The notes below the pieces were generated by a model that saw nothing but the letters and a program-made list of their open reading frames with translations, was not told the DNA's origin and searched no databases. Below, piece after piece: positions 35,131 to 53,100 of a DNA stretch of 64,000 nucleotides. Numbering within the stretch: the stretch's first letter is position 1; every line of letters starts with the position of its first letter. The translations under genes were made by a program, and so were the position numbers. The stretch is from Eledone cirrhosa. Its lineage: Eukaryota. The DNA lies in the NCBI GenBank assembly GCA_964016885.1, contig OZ024743.1:218860001-218924000 (forward strand), given 5' to 3'.

Positions 35131-38100
35131 TACACTGTGTAAGATATATATTAACAAAATTACACTGTGTAAGATATATATTAACTACATTACAGTAAAA
35201 TATATATTAACCACATTACAGTAAGATATATATTAACTACATTGCAGTAAGAAATATATTAACCACATTACAGTAAGATATATATTAACTACATTACAGT
35301 AAGATATATATTAACTACATTACAGTAAGATATATATTAACTACATTACAGTAAGATATATATTAACTATATTACACTGAGTAAGATATATCTTAACTAC
35401 ATTGCAGTAAGATATATATTAACTACATTACAGTAAGATATATATTAACTACATAACAGTAAGATATATATTAACTACATTACAGTAAGATATATATTAA
35501 CTATATTACACTGAGTAAGATATATATTAACTACATTGCAGTAAGATATATATTAACTACATTACAGTAAGATATATATTAACTACATTACAGTAAGATA
35601 TATATTAACTACATTACAGTAAGATATATATTAACTACATTACACTGTGTAAGATATATATTAACTACATTACACTGTGTAAGATATATATTAACTACAT
35701 TACACTGTGTAAGATATATATTAACTACATTACAGTAAGATATATATTAACTACATTACAGTAAGATATATATTAACTATATTACACTGAGTAAGATATA
35801 TATTAACTACATTACAGTAATATATATATTAACTACATTACAGTAAGATATATATTAACTACATCGCAGTAAGATATATATTAACCACATTACAGTAAAA
35901 TATACATTAACTACATTACAGTAAGATATATATTAACTACATTACAGTAAGATATATATTAACTACATTACAGTAAGATATACATTAACTACATTACAGT
36001 AAGATATATATTAACTACATTGCAGTAAGATATATATTAACTACATTACAGTAAGATATATATTAATTACGTTACATTAAGATATACATTAACTACATTA
36101 CAGTAGGATATATATTAACTACATTGCAGTAAGATATATATTAACTACATTACGCTAAGATATATATTAACTACATTGCAGTAAGATATATATTAACTAC
36201 ATTACAGTAAGATATATATTAACTACATTACAGTAAGATATATATTAACTGCATTGCAGTAAGATATATATTAACCACATTACAGTAAGATATACATTAA
36301 CTACATTGCAGTAAGATATATATTAACTACATTGCAGTAAGATATATATTAACTACATTACAGTAAGATATATATTAACTACATTACAGTAAGATGTATA
36401 TTAACTACATTGCAGTAAGATATATATTAACTACATTACAGTAAGATATATATTAACTACATTACATTAAGATATATATCAACCACATTACAGTAAAATA
36501 TACATTAACTACATTACAGTAAGATATATATTAACTACATTACAGTAAGATATATATTAACTACATTACAGTAAGATGTATATTAACTACATTACATTAA
36601 GATATATATTAACTACATTGCAGTAAGATATATATTAACTACATTACAGTAAGATATATATTAACTACATTACAGTAAGATATATATTAACTACATTACA
36701 TTAAGATATATATTAACCACATTACAGTAAAATATACATTAACTACATTACAGTAAGATATATATTAACTACATTACAGTAAGATGTATATTAACTACAT
36801 TACATTAAGATATATATTAACTACATTGCAGTAAGATATATATTAACTACATTGCAGTAAGATATATATTAACTACATTGCAGTAAGATATATATTAACT
36901 ACATTACAGTAAGATATATATTAACTACATTACATTAAGATATATATCAACCACATTACAGTAAAATATACATTAACTACATTACAGTAAGATATATATT
37001 AACTACATTACAGTAAGATATATATTAACTACATTACAGTAAGATGTATATTAACTACATTACATTAAGATATATATTAACTACATTGCAGTAAGATATA
37101 TATTAACTACATTACAGTAAGATATATATTAACTACATTACAGTAAGATATATATTAACTACATTACATTAAGATATATATTAACCACATTACAGTAAAA
37201 TATACATTAACTACATTACAGTAAGATATATATTAACTACATTACAGTAAGATGTATATTAACTACATTACATTAAGATATATATTAACTACATTGCAGT
37301 AAGATATATATTAACTACATTGCAGTAAGATATATATTAACTACATTGCAGTAAGATATATATTAACTACATTACAGTAAGATATATATTAACTACATTA
37401 CAGTAAGATGTATATTAACTACATTGCAGTAAGATATATATTAACTACATTACAGTAAGATATATATTAACTACATTACATTAAGATATATATTAACCAC
37501 ATTACAGTAAAATATACATTAACTACATTACAGTAAGATATATATTAACTACATTACAGTAAGATATATATTAACTACATTACAGTAAGATGTATATTAA
37601 CTACATTACATTAAGATATATATTAACTACATTGCAGTAAGATATATATTAACTACATTACAGTAAGATATATATTAACTACATTACAGTAAGATATATA
37701 TTAACTACATTACACTTAGTAAGATATATATTAACTACATTACAGTAAGATATACATTAACTACATTACAGTAAGATATATATTAACTAGATTACAGTAC
37801 AATATACATTAACTACATTGCAGTAAGATATATATTAACTACATTACAGTAAGATATATATTAACTACATTGCAGTAAGATATATATTAACTACATTACA
37901 GTAAGATATATATTAACTACATTGCAGTCAGATATATATTAACTAGATTACAGTACAATATACATTAACTACATTACAGTAAGATATACATTAACTACAT
38001 TACATTAAGATATATATTAACTACATTACAGTAAGATATATATTAACTACATTGCAGTAAGATATATATTAACTAGATTACAGTACAATATACATTAACT

Positions 38101-41100
38101 CCATTACAGTAAGATATATATTAACTACATTACATTAAGATATACATTAACTACATTATAGTAAGATATATATTAACTACATTACATTAAGGTACATATT
38201 AACGACATTACAGTAAGATATATATTAACTAGATTACACTAAGGTATATATTAACTACATTACAGTAAGCTATATATTAACTACATTACAGTAAGATATA
38301 TATTAACTACATTACAGTAAGATATATATTAACTACATTGCAGTAAGATATATATTAACTACATTACAGTAAGATATATATTAACTACATTACAGTAAGA
38401 TATATATTAACTGCATTGCAGTAAGATATATATTAACCACATTACAGTAAGATATACATTAACTACATTGCAGTAAGATATATATTAACTACATTGCAGT
38501 AAGATATATATTAACTACATTACAGTAAGATATATATTAACTACATTACAGTAAGATGTATATTAACTACATTGCAGTAAGATATATATTAACTACATTA
38601 CAGTAAGATATATATTAACTACATTACATTAAGATATATATTAACCACATTACAGTAAAATATACATTAACTACATTACAGTAAGATATATATTAACTAC
38701 ATTACAGTAAGATATATATTAACTACATTACACTTAGTAAGATATATATTAACTACATTACAGTAAGATATACATTAACTACATTACAGTAAGATATATA
38801 TTAACCACATTACAGTAAGATATACATTAACTACATTGCAGTAAGATATATATTAACTACATTACAGTAAGATATATATTAACTACATTACAGTAAGATG
38901 TATATTAACTACATTACAGTAAGATATATATTAACTACATTACAGTAAGATATATATTAACTACATTACAGTAAGATGTATATTAACTACATTACATTTA
39001 TATATTAACTACATTGCAGTAAGATATATATTAACTACATTACAGTAAGATATATATTAACTACATTACAGTAAGATATATATTAACTACATTACACTTA
39101 GTAAGATATATATTAACTACATTACAGTAAGATATACATTAACTACATTACAGTAAGATATATATTAACTACATCGCAGTAAGATATATATTAACCACAT
39201 TACAGTAAAATATACATTAACTACATTACAGTAAGATATATATTAACTACATTACATTAAGATATATATTAACTACATTGCAGTAAGATATATATTAACT
39301 ACATTGCAGTAAGATATATATTAACTAGATTACAGTACAATATACATTAACTACATTGCAGTAAGATATATATTAACTACATTACAGTAAGATATATATT
39401 AACTACATTGCAGTAAGATATATATTAACTACATTACAGTAAGATATATATTAACTACATTGCAGTCAGATATATATTAACTAGATTACAGTACAATATA
39501 CATTAACTACATTACAGTAAGATATACATTAACTACATTACATTAAGATATATATTAACTACATTACAGTAAGATATATATTAACTACATTGCAGTAAGA
39601 TATATATTAACTAGATTACAGTACAATATACATTAACTCCATTACAGTAAGATATATATTAACTACATTACATTAAGATATACATTAACTATATTACATT
39701 AAGATATATATTAACTACATTACAGTAAGATATATATTAACTACATTACAGTAAGATATATATTAACTACATTGCAGTAAGATATATATTAACTACATTG
39801 CAGTAAGATATATATTAACTACATTGCAGTAAGATATATATTAACTACATTACAGTAAGATATACATTAACTACATTGCAGTAAGATATATATTAACTAC
39901 ATTACAGTAAGATATATATTAACTATATTACACTGAGTAAGGTATATATTAACTACATTACAGTAAGATATATATTAACTACATTACACTAAGGTATATA
40001 TTAACTACATTGCAGTAAGATATATATTAACTTCATTACAGTAAGATATATATTAACTACATTACAGTAAGATATATATTAACTACATTGCAGTAAGATA
40101 TATATTAACTACATTGCAGTAAGATATATATTAACTACATTACAGTAAGATATATATTAACTACATTGCAGAAAGATATACATTAACTACATTACAGTAA
40201 GATATATATTAACTACATTACAGTAAGATATATATTAACTATATTACACTGAGTAAGATATATATTAACTACATTACAGTAAGATATATATTAACTATAT
40301 TACACTGAGTAAGATATATATTAACTACATTACAGTAAGATATATATTAACTACATTACACTAAGATATATATTAACTACATTGCAGTAAGATATATATT
40401 AACTACATTACAGTAAGATATATATTAACTACATTACAGTAAGATATATATTAACTACATTACAGTAAGATGTATATTAACTACATTGCAGTAAGATATA
40501 TATTAACTACATTACAGTAAGATATATATTAACTACATTACATTAAGATATATATTAACCACATTACAGTAAAATATACATTAACTACATTACAGTAAGA
40601 TATATATTAACTACATTACAGTAAGATATATATTAACTACATTACAGTAAGATGTATATTAACTACATTACATTAAGATATATATTAACTACATTGCAGT
40701 AAGATATATATTAACTACATTACAGTAAGATATATATTAACTACATTACAGTAAGATATATATTAACTACATTACACTTAGTAAGATATATATTAACTAC
40801 ATTACAGTAAGATATATATTAACTACATTACACTTAGTAAGATATATATTAACTACATTACAGTAAGATATATATTAACTACATTACAGTAAGATGTATA
40901 TTAACTACATTGCAGTAAGATATATATTAACTACATTACAGTAAGATATATATTAACTACATTACATTAAGATATATATCAACCACATTACAGTAAAATA
41001 TACATTAACTACATTACAGTAAGATATATATTAACTACATTACAGTAAGATATATATTAACTACATTACATTAAGATATATATTAACCACATTACAGTAA

Positions 41101-44100
41101 AATATACATTAACTACATTACAGTAAGATATATATTAACTACATTACAGTAAGATGTATATTAACTACATTACATTAAGATATATATTAACTACATTGCA
41201 GTAAGATATATATTAACTACATTGCAGTAAGATGTATATTAACTACATTGCAGTAAGATATATATTAACTACATTACAGTAAGATATATATTAACTACAT
41301 TACATTAAGATATATATTAACCACATTACAGTAAAATATACATTAACTACATTACAGTAAGATATATATTAACTACATTACATTAAGATATATATTAACT
41401 ACATTGCAGTAAGATATATATTAACTACATTACAGTAAGATATATATTAACTACATTACAGTAAGATATATATTAACTACATTACACTTAGTAAGATATA
41501 TATTAACTACATTACAGTAAGATATACATTAACTACATTACAGTAAGATATATATTAACTAGATTACAGTACAATATACATTAACTACATTGCAGTAAGA
41601 TATATATTAACTACATTACAGTAAGATATATATTAACTACATTGCAGTAAGATATATATTAACTACATTACAGTAAGATATATATTAACTACATTGCAGT
41701 CAGATATATATTAACTAGATTACAGTACAATATACATTAACTACATTACAGTAAGATATACATTAACTACATTACATTAAGATATATATTAACTACATTA
41801 CAGTAAGATATATATTAACTACATTGCAGTAAGATATATATTAACTAGATTACAGTACAATATACATTAACTCCATTACAGTAAGATATATATTAACTAC
41901 ATTACATTAAGATATACATTAACTACATTATAGTAAGATATATATTAACTACATTACATTAAGGTACATATTAACGACATTACAGTAAGATATATATTAA
42001 CTAGATTACACTAAGGTATATATTAATTACATTACAGTAAGATATATATTAACTACATTACAGTAAGATATATATTAACTACATTACAGTAAGATATATA
42101 TTAACTACATTGCAGTAAGATATATATTAACTACATTACACTAAGATATATATTAACTACATTGCAGTAAGATATATATTAACTACATTACAGTAAGATA
42201 TATATTAACTACATTACAGTAAGATATATATTAACTGCATTGCAGTAAGATATATATTAACCACATTACAGTAAGATATACATTAACTACATTGCAGTAA
42301 GATATATATTAACTACATTGCAGTAAGATATATATCAACTACATTACAGTAAGATATATATTAACTACATTACAGTAAGATATATATTAACTACATTACA
42401 CTTAGTAAGATATATATTAACTACATTACAGTAAGATATACATTAACTACATTACAGTAAGATATATATTAACTACATCGCAGTAAGATATATATTAACC
42501 ACATTACAGTAAAATATATATTAACTACATTACAGTAAGATATATATTAACTACATTACATTAAGATATATATTAACTACATTGCAGTAAGATATATATT
42601 AACTACATTGCAGTAAGATATATATTAACTAGATTACAGTACAATATACATTAACTACATTGCAGTGAGATATATATTAACTACATTACAGTAAGATATA
42701 TATTAACTACATTGCAGTAAGATATATATTAACTACATTACAGTAAGATATATATTAACTACATTGCAGAAAGATATACATTAACTACATTACAGTAAGA
42801 TATATATTAACTATATTACACTGAGTAAGATATATATTAACTACATTACAGTAAGATATATATTAACTACATTACACTAAGGTATATATTAACTACATTG
42901 CAGTAAGATATATATTAACTACATTACAGTAAGATTTATATTAACTACATTACAGTAAGATATATATTAACTATATTACACTGAGTAAGATATATATTAA
43001 CTACATTACAGTAAGATATATATTAACTACATTACACTAAGATATATATTAACTACATTGCAGTAAGATATATATTAACTACATTACAGTAAGATATATA
43101 TTAACTACATTACAGTAAGATATATATTAACTACATTACACTAAGATATATATTAACTACATTGCAGTAAGATATATATTAACTACATTACAGTAAGATA
43201 TATATTAACTACATTACAGCAAGATATATATTAACTATATTACACTGAGTAAGATATATATTAACTACATTACAGTAAGATGTATATTAACTACATTGCA
43301 GTAAGATATATATTAACTACATTACAGTAAGATATATATTAACTACATTACATTAAGATATATATTAACCACATTACAGTAAAATATACATTAACTACAT
43401 TACAGTAAGATATATATTAACTACATTACAGTAAGATATATATTAACTACATTACAGTAAGATGTATATTAACTACATTACATTAAGATAAATATTAACT
43501 ACATTGCAGTAAGATATATATTAACTACATTACAGTAAGATATATATTAACTACATTACAGTAAGATATATATTAACTACATTACACTTAGTAAGATATA
43601 TATTAACTACATTACAGTAAGATATACATTAACTACATTACAGTAAGATATATATTAACTACATTACAGTAAGATATATATTAACCACATTACAGTAAAA
43701 TATACATTAACTACATTACCGTAAGATATATATTAACTACATTACATTAAGATATATATTAACTACATTGCAGTAAGATATATATTAACTAGATTACAGT
43801 ACAATATACATTAACTCCATTACAGTAAGATATATATTAACTACATTGCAGTAAGATATATATTAACTACATTACAGTAAGATATATATTAACTACATTG
43901 CAGAAAGATATACATTAACTACATTACAGTAAGATATATATTAACTATATTACACTGAGTAAGATATATATTAACTACATTACAGTAAGATATATATTAA
44001 CTACATTACACTAAGGTATATATTAACTACATTGCAGTAAGATATATATTAACTACATTACAGTAAGATTTATATTAACTACATTACAGTAAGATATATA

Positions 44101-47100
44101 TTAACTATATTACACTGAGTAAGATATATATTAACTACATTACAGTAAGATATATATTAACTACATTACACTAAGATATATATTAACTACATTGCAGTAA
44201 GATATATATTAACTACATTACAGTAAGATATATATTAACTACATTACAGTAAGATATATATTAACTACATTACACTAAGATATATATTAACTACATTGCA
44301 GTAAGATATATATTAACTACATTACAGTAAGATATATATTAACTACATTACAGCAAGATATATATTAACTATATTACACTGAGTAAGATATATATTAACT
44401 ACATTACAGTAAGATGTATATTAACTACATTGCAGTAAGATATATATTAACTACATTACAGTAAGATATATATTAACTACATTACATTAAGATATATATT
44501 AACCACATTACAGTAAAATATACATTAACTACATTACAGTAAGATATATATTAACTACATTACAGTAAGATATATATTAACTACATTACAGTAAGATGTA
44601 TATTAACTACATTACATTAAGATATATATTAACTACATTGCAGTAAGATATATATTAACTACATTACAGTAAGATATATATTAACTACATTACAGTAAGA
44701 TATATATTAACTACATTACACTTAGTAAGATATATATTAACTACATTACAGTAAGATATACATTAACTACATTACAGTAAGATATATATTAACTACATTA
44801 CAGTAAGATATATATTAACCACATTACAGTAAAATATACATTAACTACATTACCGTAAGATATATATTAACTACATTACATTAAGATATATATTAACTAC
44901 ATTGCAGTAAGATATATATTAACTACATTGCAGTAAGATATATATTAACTAGATTACAGTACAATATACATTAACTACATTGCAGTAAGATATATATTAA
45001 CTACATCACAGTAAGATATATATTAACTACATTGCAGTAAGATATATATTAACTACATTACAGTAAGATATATATTAACTACATTGCAGTCAGATATATA
45101 TTAACTAGATTACAGTACAATATACATTAACTACATTACAGTAAGATATACATTAACTACATTACATTAAGATATATATTAACTACATTACAGTAAGATA
45201 TATATTAACTACATTGCAGTAAGATATATATTAACTAGATTACAGTACAATATACATTAACTCCATTACAGTAAGATATATATTAACTACATTACATTAA
45301 CATATACATTAACTACATTGCAGTCAGATATATATTAACTACATTACAGTAAGATATATATTAACTAGATTACAGTACAATAAACATTAACTACATTACA
45401 GTAAGATATATATTAACTACATTGCAGTAAGATATATATTAACTAGATTACAGTACAATATACATTAACTACATTACAGTAAGATATACATTAACTACAT
45501 TACAGTAAGATATATATTAACTACATTGCAGTAAGATATATATTAACTACATTGCAGTAAGATATATATTAACTACATTGCAGTAAGATATATATTAACT
45601 ACATTGCAGTAAGATATATATTAACTACATTACAGTAAGATATATATTAACTACATTACAGTAAGATATATATTAACTACATTACACTAAGATATATATT
45701 AACTACATTACAGTAAGCTATATATTAACTACATTGCAGTAAGATATATATTAACTACATTACAGTAAGATATACATTAACTATATTACATTAAGATATA
45801 CATTAACTACATTACAGTAAGATATATATTAACTACATTACAGTAAGATATATATTAACTACATTACAGTAAGATATATATTAACTACATTGCAGTAAGA
45901 TATATATTAACTACATTGCAGTAAGATATATATTAACTACATTACAGTAAGATATATATTAACTACATTGCAGAAAGATATACATTAACTACATTACAGT
46001 AAGATATATATTAACTACATTACAGTAAGATATATATTAACTATATTACACTGAGTAAGATATATATTAACTACATTACAGTAAGATATATATTAACTAC
46101 ATTACACTACGGTATATATTAACTACATTGCAGTAAGATATATATTAACTACATTACAGTAAGATATATATTAACTACATTACAGTAAGATATATATTAA
46201 CTATATTACACTGAGTAAGATATATATTAACTACATTACAGTAAGATATATATTAACTACATTACAGTAAGATATATATTAACTATATTACACTGAGTAA
46301 GATATATATTAACTACATTACAGTAAGATATATATTAACTATATTACACTGAGTAAGATATATATTAACTACATTACAGTAAGATATATATTAACTACAT
46401 TACACTAAGATATATATTAACTACATTGCAGTAAGATATATATTAACTACATTACAGTAAAATATATATTAACTACATTACAGTAAGATATATATTAACT
46501 ATATTACACTGAGTAAGATATATATTAACTACATTACAGTAAGATGTATATTAACTACATTGCAGTAAGATATATATTAACTACATTACAGTAAGATATA
46601 TATTAACTACATTACATTAAGATATATATTAACCACATTACAGTAAATTATACATTAACTACATTACAGTAAGATATATATTAACTACATTACAGTAAGA
46701 TATATATTAACTATATTACACTTAGTAAGATATATATTAACTACATTACAGTAAGATATATATTAACTACATTACAGTAAGATATATATTAACTACATTA
46801 CAGTAAGATGTATATTAACTACATTGCAGTAAGATATATATTAACTACATTACAGTAAGATATATATTAACTACATTACATTAAGATATATATATACCAC
46901 ATTACAGTAAAATATACATTAACTACATTACAGTAAGATATATATTAACTACATTACAGTAAGATATATATTAACTACATTACATTAAGATATATATTAA
47001 CCACATTACAGTAAAATATACATTAACTACATTACAGTAAGATATATATTAACTACATTACAGTAAGATGTATATTAACTACATTACATTAAGATATATA

Positions 47101-50100
47101 TTAACTACATTGCAGTAAGATATATATTAACTACATTGCAGTAAGATATATATTAACTACATTGCAGTAAGATATATATTAACTACATTACAGTAAGATA
47201 TATATTAACTACATTACAGTAAGATGTATATTAACTACATTGCAGTAAGATATATATTAACTACATTACAGTAAGATATATATTAACTACATTACATTAA
47301 GATATATATTAACCACATTACAGTAAAATATACATTAACTACATTACAGTAAGATATATATTAACTACATTACATTGAGATATATATTAACTACATTGCA
47401 GTAAGATATATATTAACTACATTACAGTAAGATATATATTAACTACATTACAGTAAGATATATATTAACTACATTACACTTAGTAAGATATATATTAACT
47501 ACATTACAGTAAGATATACATTAACTACATTACAGTAAGATATATATTAACTAGATTACAGTACAATATACATTAACTACATTGCAGTAAGATATATATT
47601 AACTACATTACAGTAAGATATATATTAACTACATTGCAGTAAGATATATATTAACTACATTACAGTAAGATATATATTAACTACATTGCAGTCAGATATA
47701 TATTAACTAGATTACAGTACAATATACATTAACTACATTACAGTAAGATATACATTAACTACATTACATTAAGATATATATTAACTACATTACAGTAAGA
47801 TATATATTAACTACATTGCAGTAAGATATATATTAACTAGATTACAGTACAATATACATTAACTCCATTACAGTAAGATATATATTAACTACATTACATT
47901 AAGATATACATTAACTACATTATAGTAAGATATATATTAACTACATTACATTAAGGTACATATTAACGACATTACAGTAAGATATATATTAACTAGATTA
48001 CACTAAGGTATATATTAACTACATTACAGTAAGATATGTATCAACTACATTACAGTAAGATATATATTAACTACATTACAGTAAGATATATATTAACTAC
48101 ATTGCAGTAAGATATATATTAACTACATTACACTAAGATATATATTAACTACATTGCAGTAAGATATATATTAACTACATTACAGTAAGATATATATTAA
48201 CTACATTACAGTAAGATATATATTAACTGCATTGCAGTAAGATATATATTAACCACATTACAGTAAGATATACATTAACTACATTGCAGTAAGATATATG
48301 TTAACTACATTGCAGTAAGATATATATCAACTACATTACAGTAAGATATATATTAACTACATTACAGTAAGATATATATTAACTACATTACACTTAGTAA
48401 GATATATATTAACTACATTACAGTAAGATATACATTAACTACATTACAGTAAGATATATATTAACTACATCGCAGTAAGATATATATTAACCACATTACA
48501 GTAAAATATACATTAACTACATTACAGTAAGATATATATTAACTACATTACATTAAGATATATATTAACTACATTGCAGTAAGATATATATTAACTACAT
48601 TGCAGTAAGATATATATTAACTAGATTACAGTACAATATACATTAACTACATTGCAGTAAGATATATATCAACTACATTACAGTAAGATATATATTAACT
48701 ACATTGCAGTAAGATATATATTAACTACATTACAGTAAGATATATATTAACTACATTGCAGTCAGATATATATTAACTAGATTACAGTACAATATACATT
48801 AACTACATTACAGTAAGATATACATTAACTACATTATATTAAGATATATATTAACTACATTACAGTAAGATATATATTAACTACATTGCAGTAAGATATA
48901 TATTAACTAGATTACAGTACAATATACATTAACTCCATTACAGTAAGATATATATTAGCTACATTACATTAATATATACATTAACTATATTACATTAAGA
49001 TATATATTAACTACATTACAGTAAGATATATATTAACTACATTACAGTAAGATATATATTAACTACATTGCAGTAAGATATATATTAACTACATTGCAGT
49101 AAGATATATATTAACTACATTGCAGTAAGATATATATTAACTACATTACAGTAAGATATATATTAACTACATTGCAGAAAGATATACATTAACTACATTA
49201 CAGTAAGATATATATTAACTATATTACACTGAGTAAGATATATATTAACTACATTACAGTAAGATATATATTAACTACATTACACTAAGGTATATATTAA
49301 CTACATTGCAGTAAGATATATATTAACTACATTACAGTAAGATTTATATTAACTACATTACAGTAAGATATATATTAACTATATTACACTGAGTAAGATA
49401 TATATTAACTACATTACAGTAAGATATATATTAACTACATTACACTAAGATATATATTAACTACATTGCAGTAAGATATATATTAACTACATTACAGTAA
49501 GATATGTATTAACTACATTACAGTATGATATATATTAACTATATTACACTGAGTAAGATATATATGAACTACGTTACAGTAAGATGTATATTAACTACAT
49601 TGCAGTAAGATATATATTAACTACATTACAGTAAGATATATATTAACTACATTACATTAAGATATATATTAACCACATTACAGTAAAATATACATTAACT
49701 ACATTACAGTAAGATATATATTAACTACATTACAGTAAGATATATATTAACTACATTACACTTAGTAAGATATATATTAACTACATTACAGTAAGATATA
49801 TATTAACTACATTACACTACGGTATATATTAACTACATTGCAGTAAGATATATATTAACTACATTACAGTAAGATATATATTAACTACATTACAGTAAGA
49901 TATATATTAACTATATTACACTGAGTAAGATATATATTAACTACATTACAGTAAGATATATATTAACTATATTACACTGAGTAAGATATATATTAACTAC
50001 ATTACAGTAAGATATATATTAACTATATTACACTGAGTAAGATATATATTAACTACATTACAGTAAGATATATATTAACTACATTACACTAAGATATATA

Positions 50101-53100
50101 TTAACTACATTGCAGTAAGATATATATTAACTACATTACAGTAAAATATATATTAACTACATTACAGTAAGATATATATTAACTATATTACACTGAGTAA
50201 GATATATATTAACTACATTACAGTAAGATGTATATTAACTACATTGCAGTAAGATATATATTAACTACATTACAGTAAGATATATATTAACTACATTACA
50301 TTAAGATATATATTAACCACATTACAGTAAAATATACATTAACTACATTACAGTAAGATATATATTAACTACATTACAGTAAGATATATATTAACTATAT
50401 TACACTTAGTAAGATATATATTAACTACATTACAGTAAGATATATATTAACTACATTACAGTAAGATATATATTAACTACATTACAGTAAGATGTATATT
50501 AACTACATTGCAGTAAGATATATATTAACTACATTACAGTAAGATATATATTAACTACATTACATTAAGATATATATATACCACATTACAGTAAAATATA
50601 CATTAACTACATTACAGTAAGATATATATTAACTACATTACAGTAAGATATATATTAACTACATTACATTAAGATATATATTAACCACATTACAGTAAAA
50701 TATACATTAACTACATTACAGTAAGATATATATTAACTACATTACAGTAAGATGTATATTAACTACATTACATTAAGATATATATTAACTACATTGCAGT
50801 AAGATATATATTAACTACATTGCAGTAAGATATATATTAACTACATTGCAGTAAGATATATATTAACTACATTACAGTAAGATATATATTAACTACATTA
50901 CAGTAAGATGTATATTAACTACATTGCAGTAAGATATATATTAACTACATTACAGTAAGATATATATTAACTACATTACATTAAGATATATATTAACCAC
51001 ATTACAGTAAAATATACATTAACTACATTACAGTAAGATATATATTAACTACATTACATTGAGATATATATTAACTACATTGCAGTAAGATATATATTAA
51101 CTACATTACAGTAAGATATATATTAACTACATTACAGTAAGATATATATTAACTACATTACACTTAGTAAGATATATATTAACTACATTACAGTAAGATA
51201 TACATTAACTACATTACAGTAAGATATATATTAACTAGATTACAGTACAATATACATTAACTACATTGCAGTAAGATATATATTAACTACATTACAGTAA
51301 GATATATATTAACTACATTGCAGTAAGATATATATTAACTACATTACAGTAAGATATATATTAACTACATTGCAGTCAGATATATATTAACTAGATTACA
51401 GTACAATATACATTAACTACATTACAGTAAGATATACATTAACTACATTACATTAAGATATATATTAACTACATTACAGTAAGATATATATTAACTACAT
51501 TGCAGTAAGATATATATTAACTAGATTACAGTACAATATACATTAACTCCATTACAGTAAGATATATATTAACTACATTACATTAAGATATACATTAACT
51601 ACATTATAGTAAGATATATATTAACTACATTACATTAAGGTACATATTAACGACATTACAGTAAGATATATATTAACTAGATTACACTAAGGTATATATT
51701 AACTACATTACAGTAAGATATGTATCAACTACATTACAGTAAGATATATATTAACTACATTACAGTAAGATATATATTAACTACATTGCAGTAAGATATA
51801 TATTAACTACATTACACTAAGATATATATTAACTACATTGCAGTAAGATATATATTAACTACATTACAGTAAGATATATATTAACTACATTACAGTAAGA
51901 TATATATTAACTGCATTGCAGTAAGATATATATTAACCACATTACAGTAAGATATACATTAACTACATTGCAGTAAGATATATGTTAACTACATTGCAGT
52001 AAGATATATATCAACTACATTACAGTAAGATATATATTAACTACATTACAGTAAGATATATATTAACTACATTACACTTAGTAAGATATATATTAACTAC
52101 ATTACAGTAAGATATACATTAACTACATTACAGTAAGATATATATTAACTACATCGCAGTAAGATATATATTAACCACATTACAGTAAAATATACATTAA
52201 CTACATTACAGTAAGATATATATTAACTACATTACATTAAGATATATATTAACTACATTGCAGTAAGATATATATTAACTACATTGCAGTAAGATATATA
52301 TTAACTAGATTACAGTACAATATACATTAACTACATTGCAGTAAGATATATATCAACTACATTACAGTAAGATATATATTAACTACATTGCAGTAAGATA
52401 TATATTAACTACATTACAGTAAGATATATATTAACTACATTGCAGTCAGATATATATTAACTAGATTACAGTACAATATACATTAACTACATTACAGTAA
52501 GATATACATTAACTACATTATATTAAGATATATATTAACTACATTACAGTAAGATATATATTAACTACATTGCAGTAAGATATATATTAACTAGATTACA
52601 GTACAATATACATTAACTCCATTACAGTAAGATATATATTAGCTACATTACATTAATATATACATTAACTATATTACATTAAGATATATATTAACTACAT
52701 TACAGTAAGATATATATTAACTACATTACAGTAAGATATATATTAACTACATTGCAGTAAGATATATATTAACTACATTGCAGTAAGATATATATTAACT
52801 ACATTGCAGTAAGATATATATTAACTACATTACAGTAAGATATATATTAACTACATTGCAGAAAGATATACATTAACTACATTACAGTAAGATATATATT
52901 AACTATATTACACTGAGTAAGATATATATTAACTACATTACAGTAAGATATATATTAACTACATTACACTAAGGTATATATTAACTACATTGCAGTAAGA
53001 TATATATTAACTACATTACAGTAAGATTTATATTAACTACATTACAGTAAGATATATATTAACTATATTACACTGAGTAAGATATATATTAACTACATTA

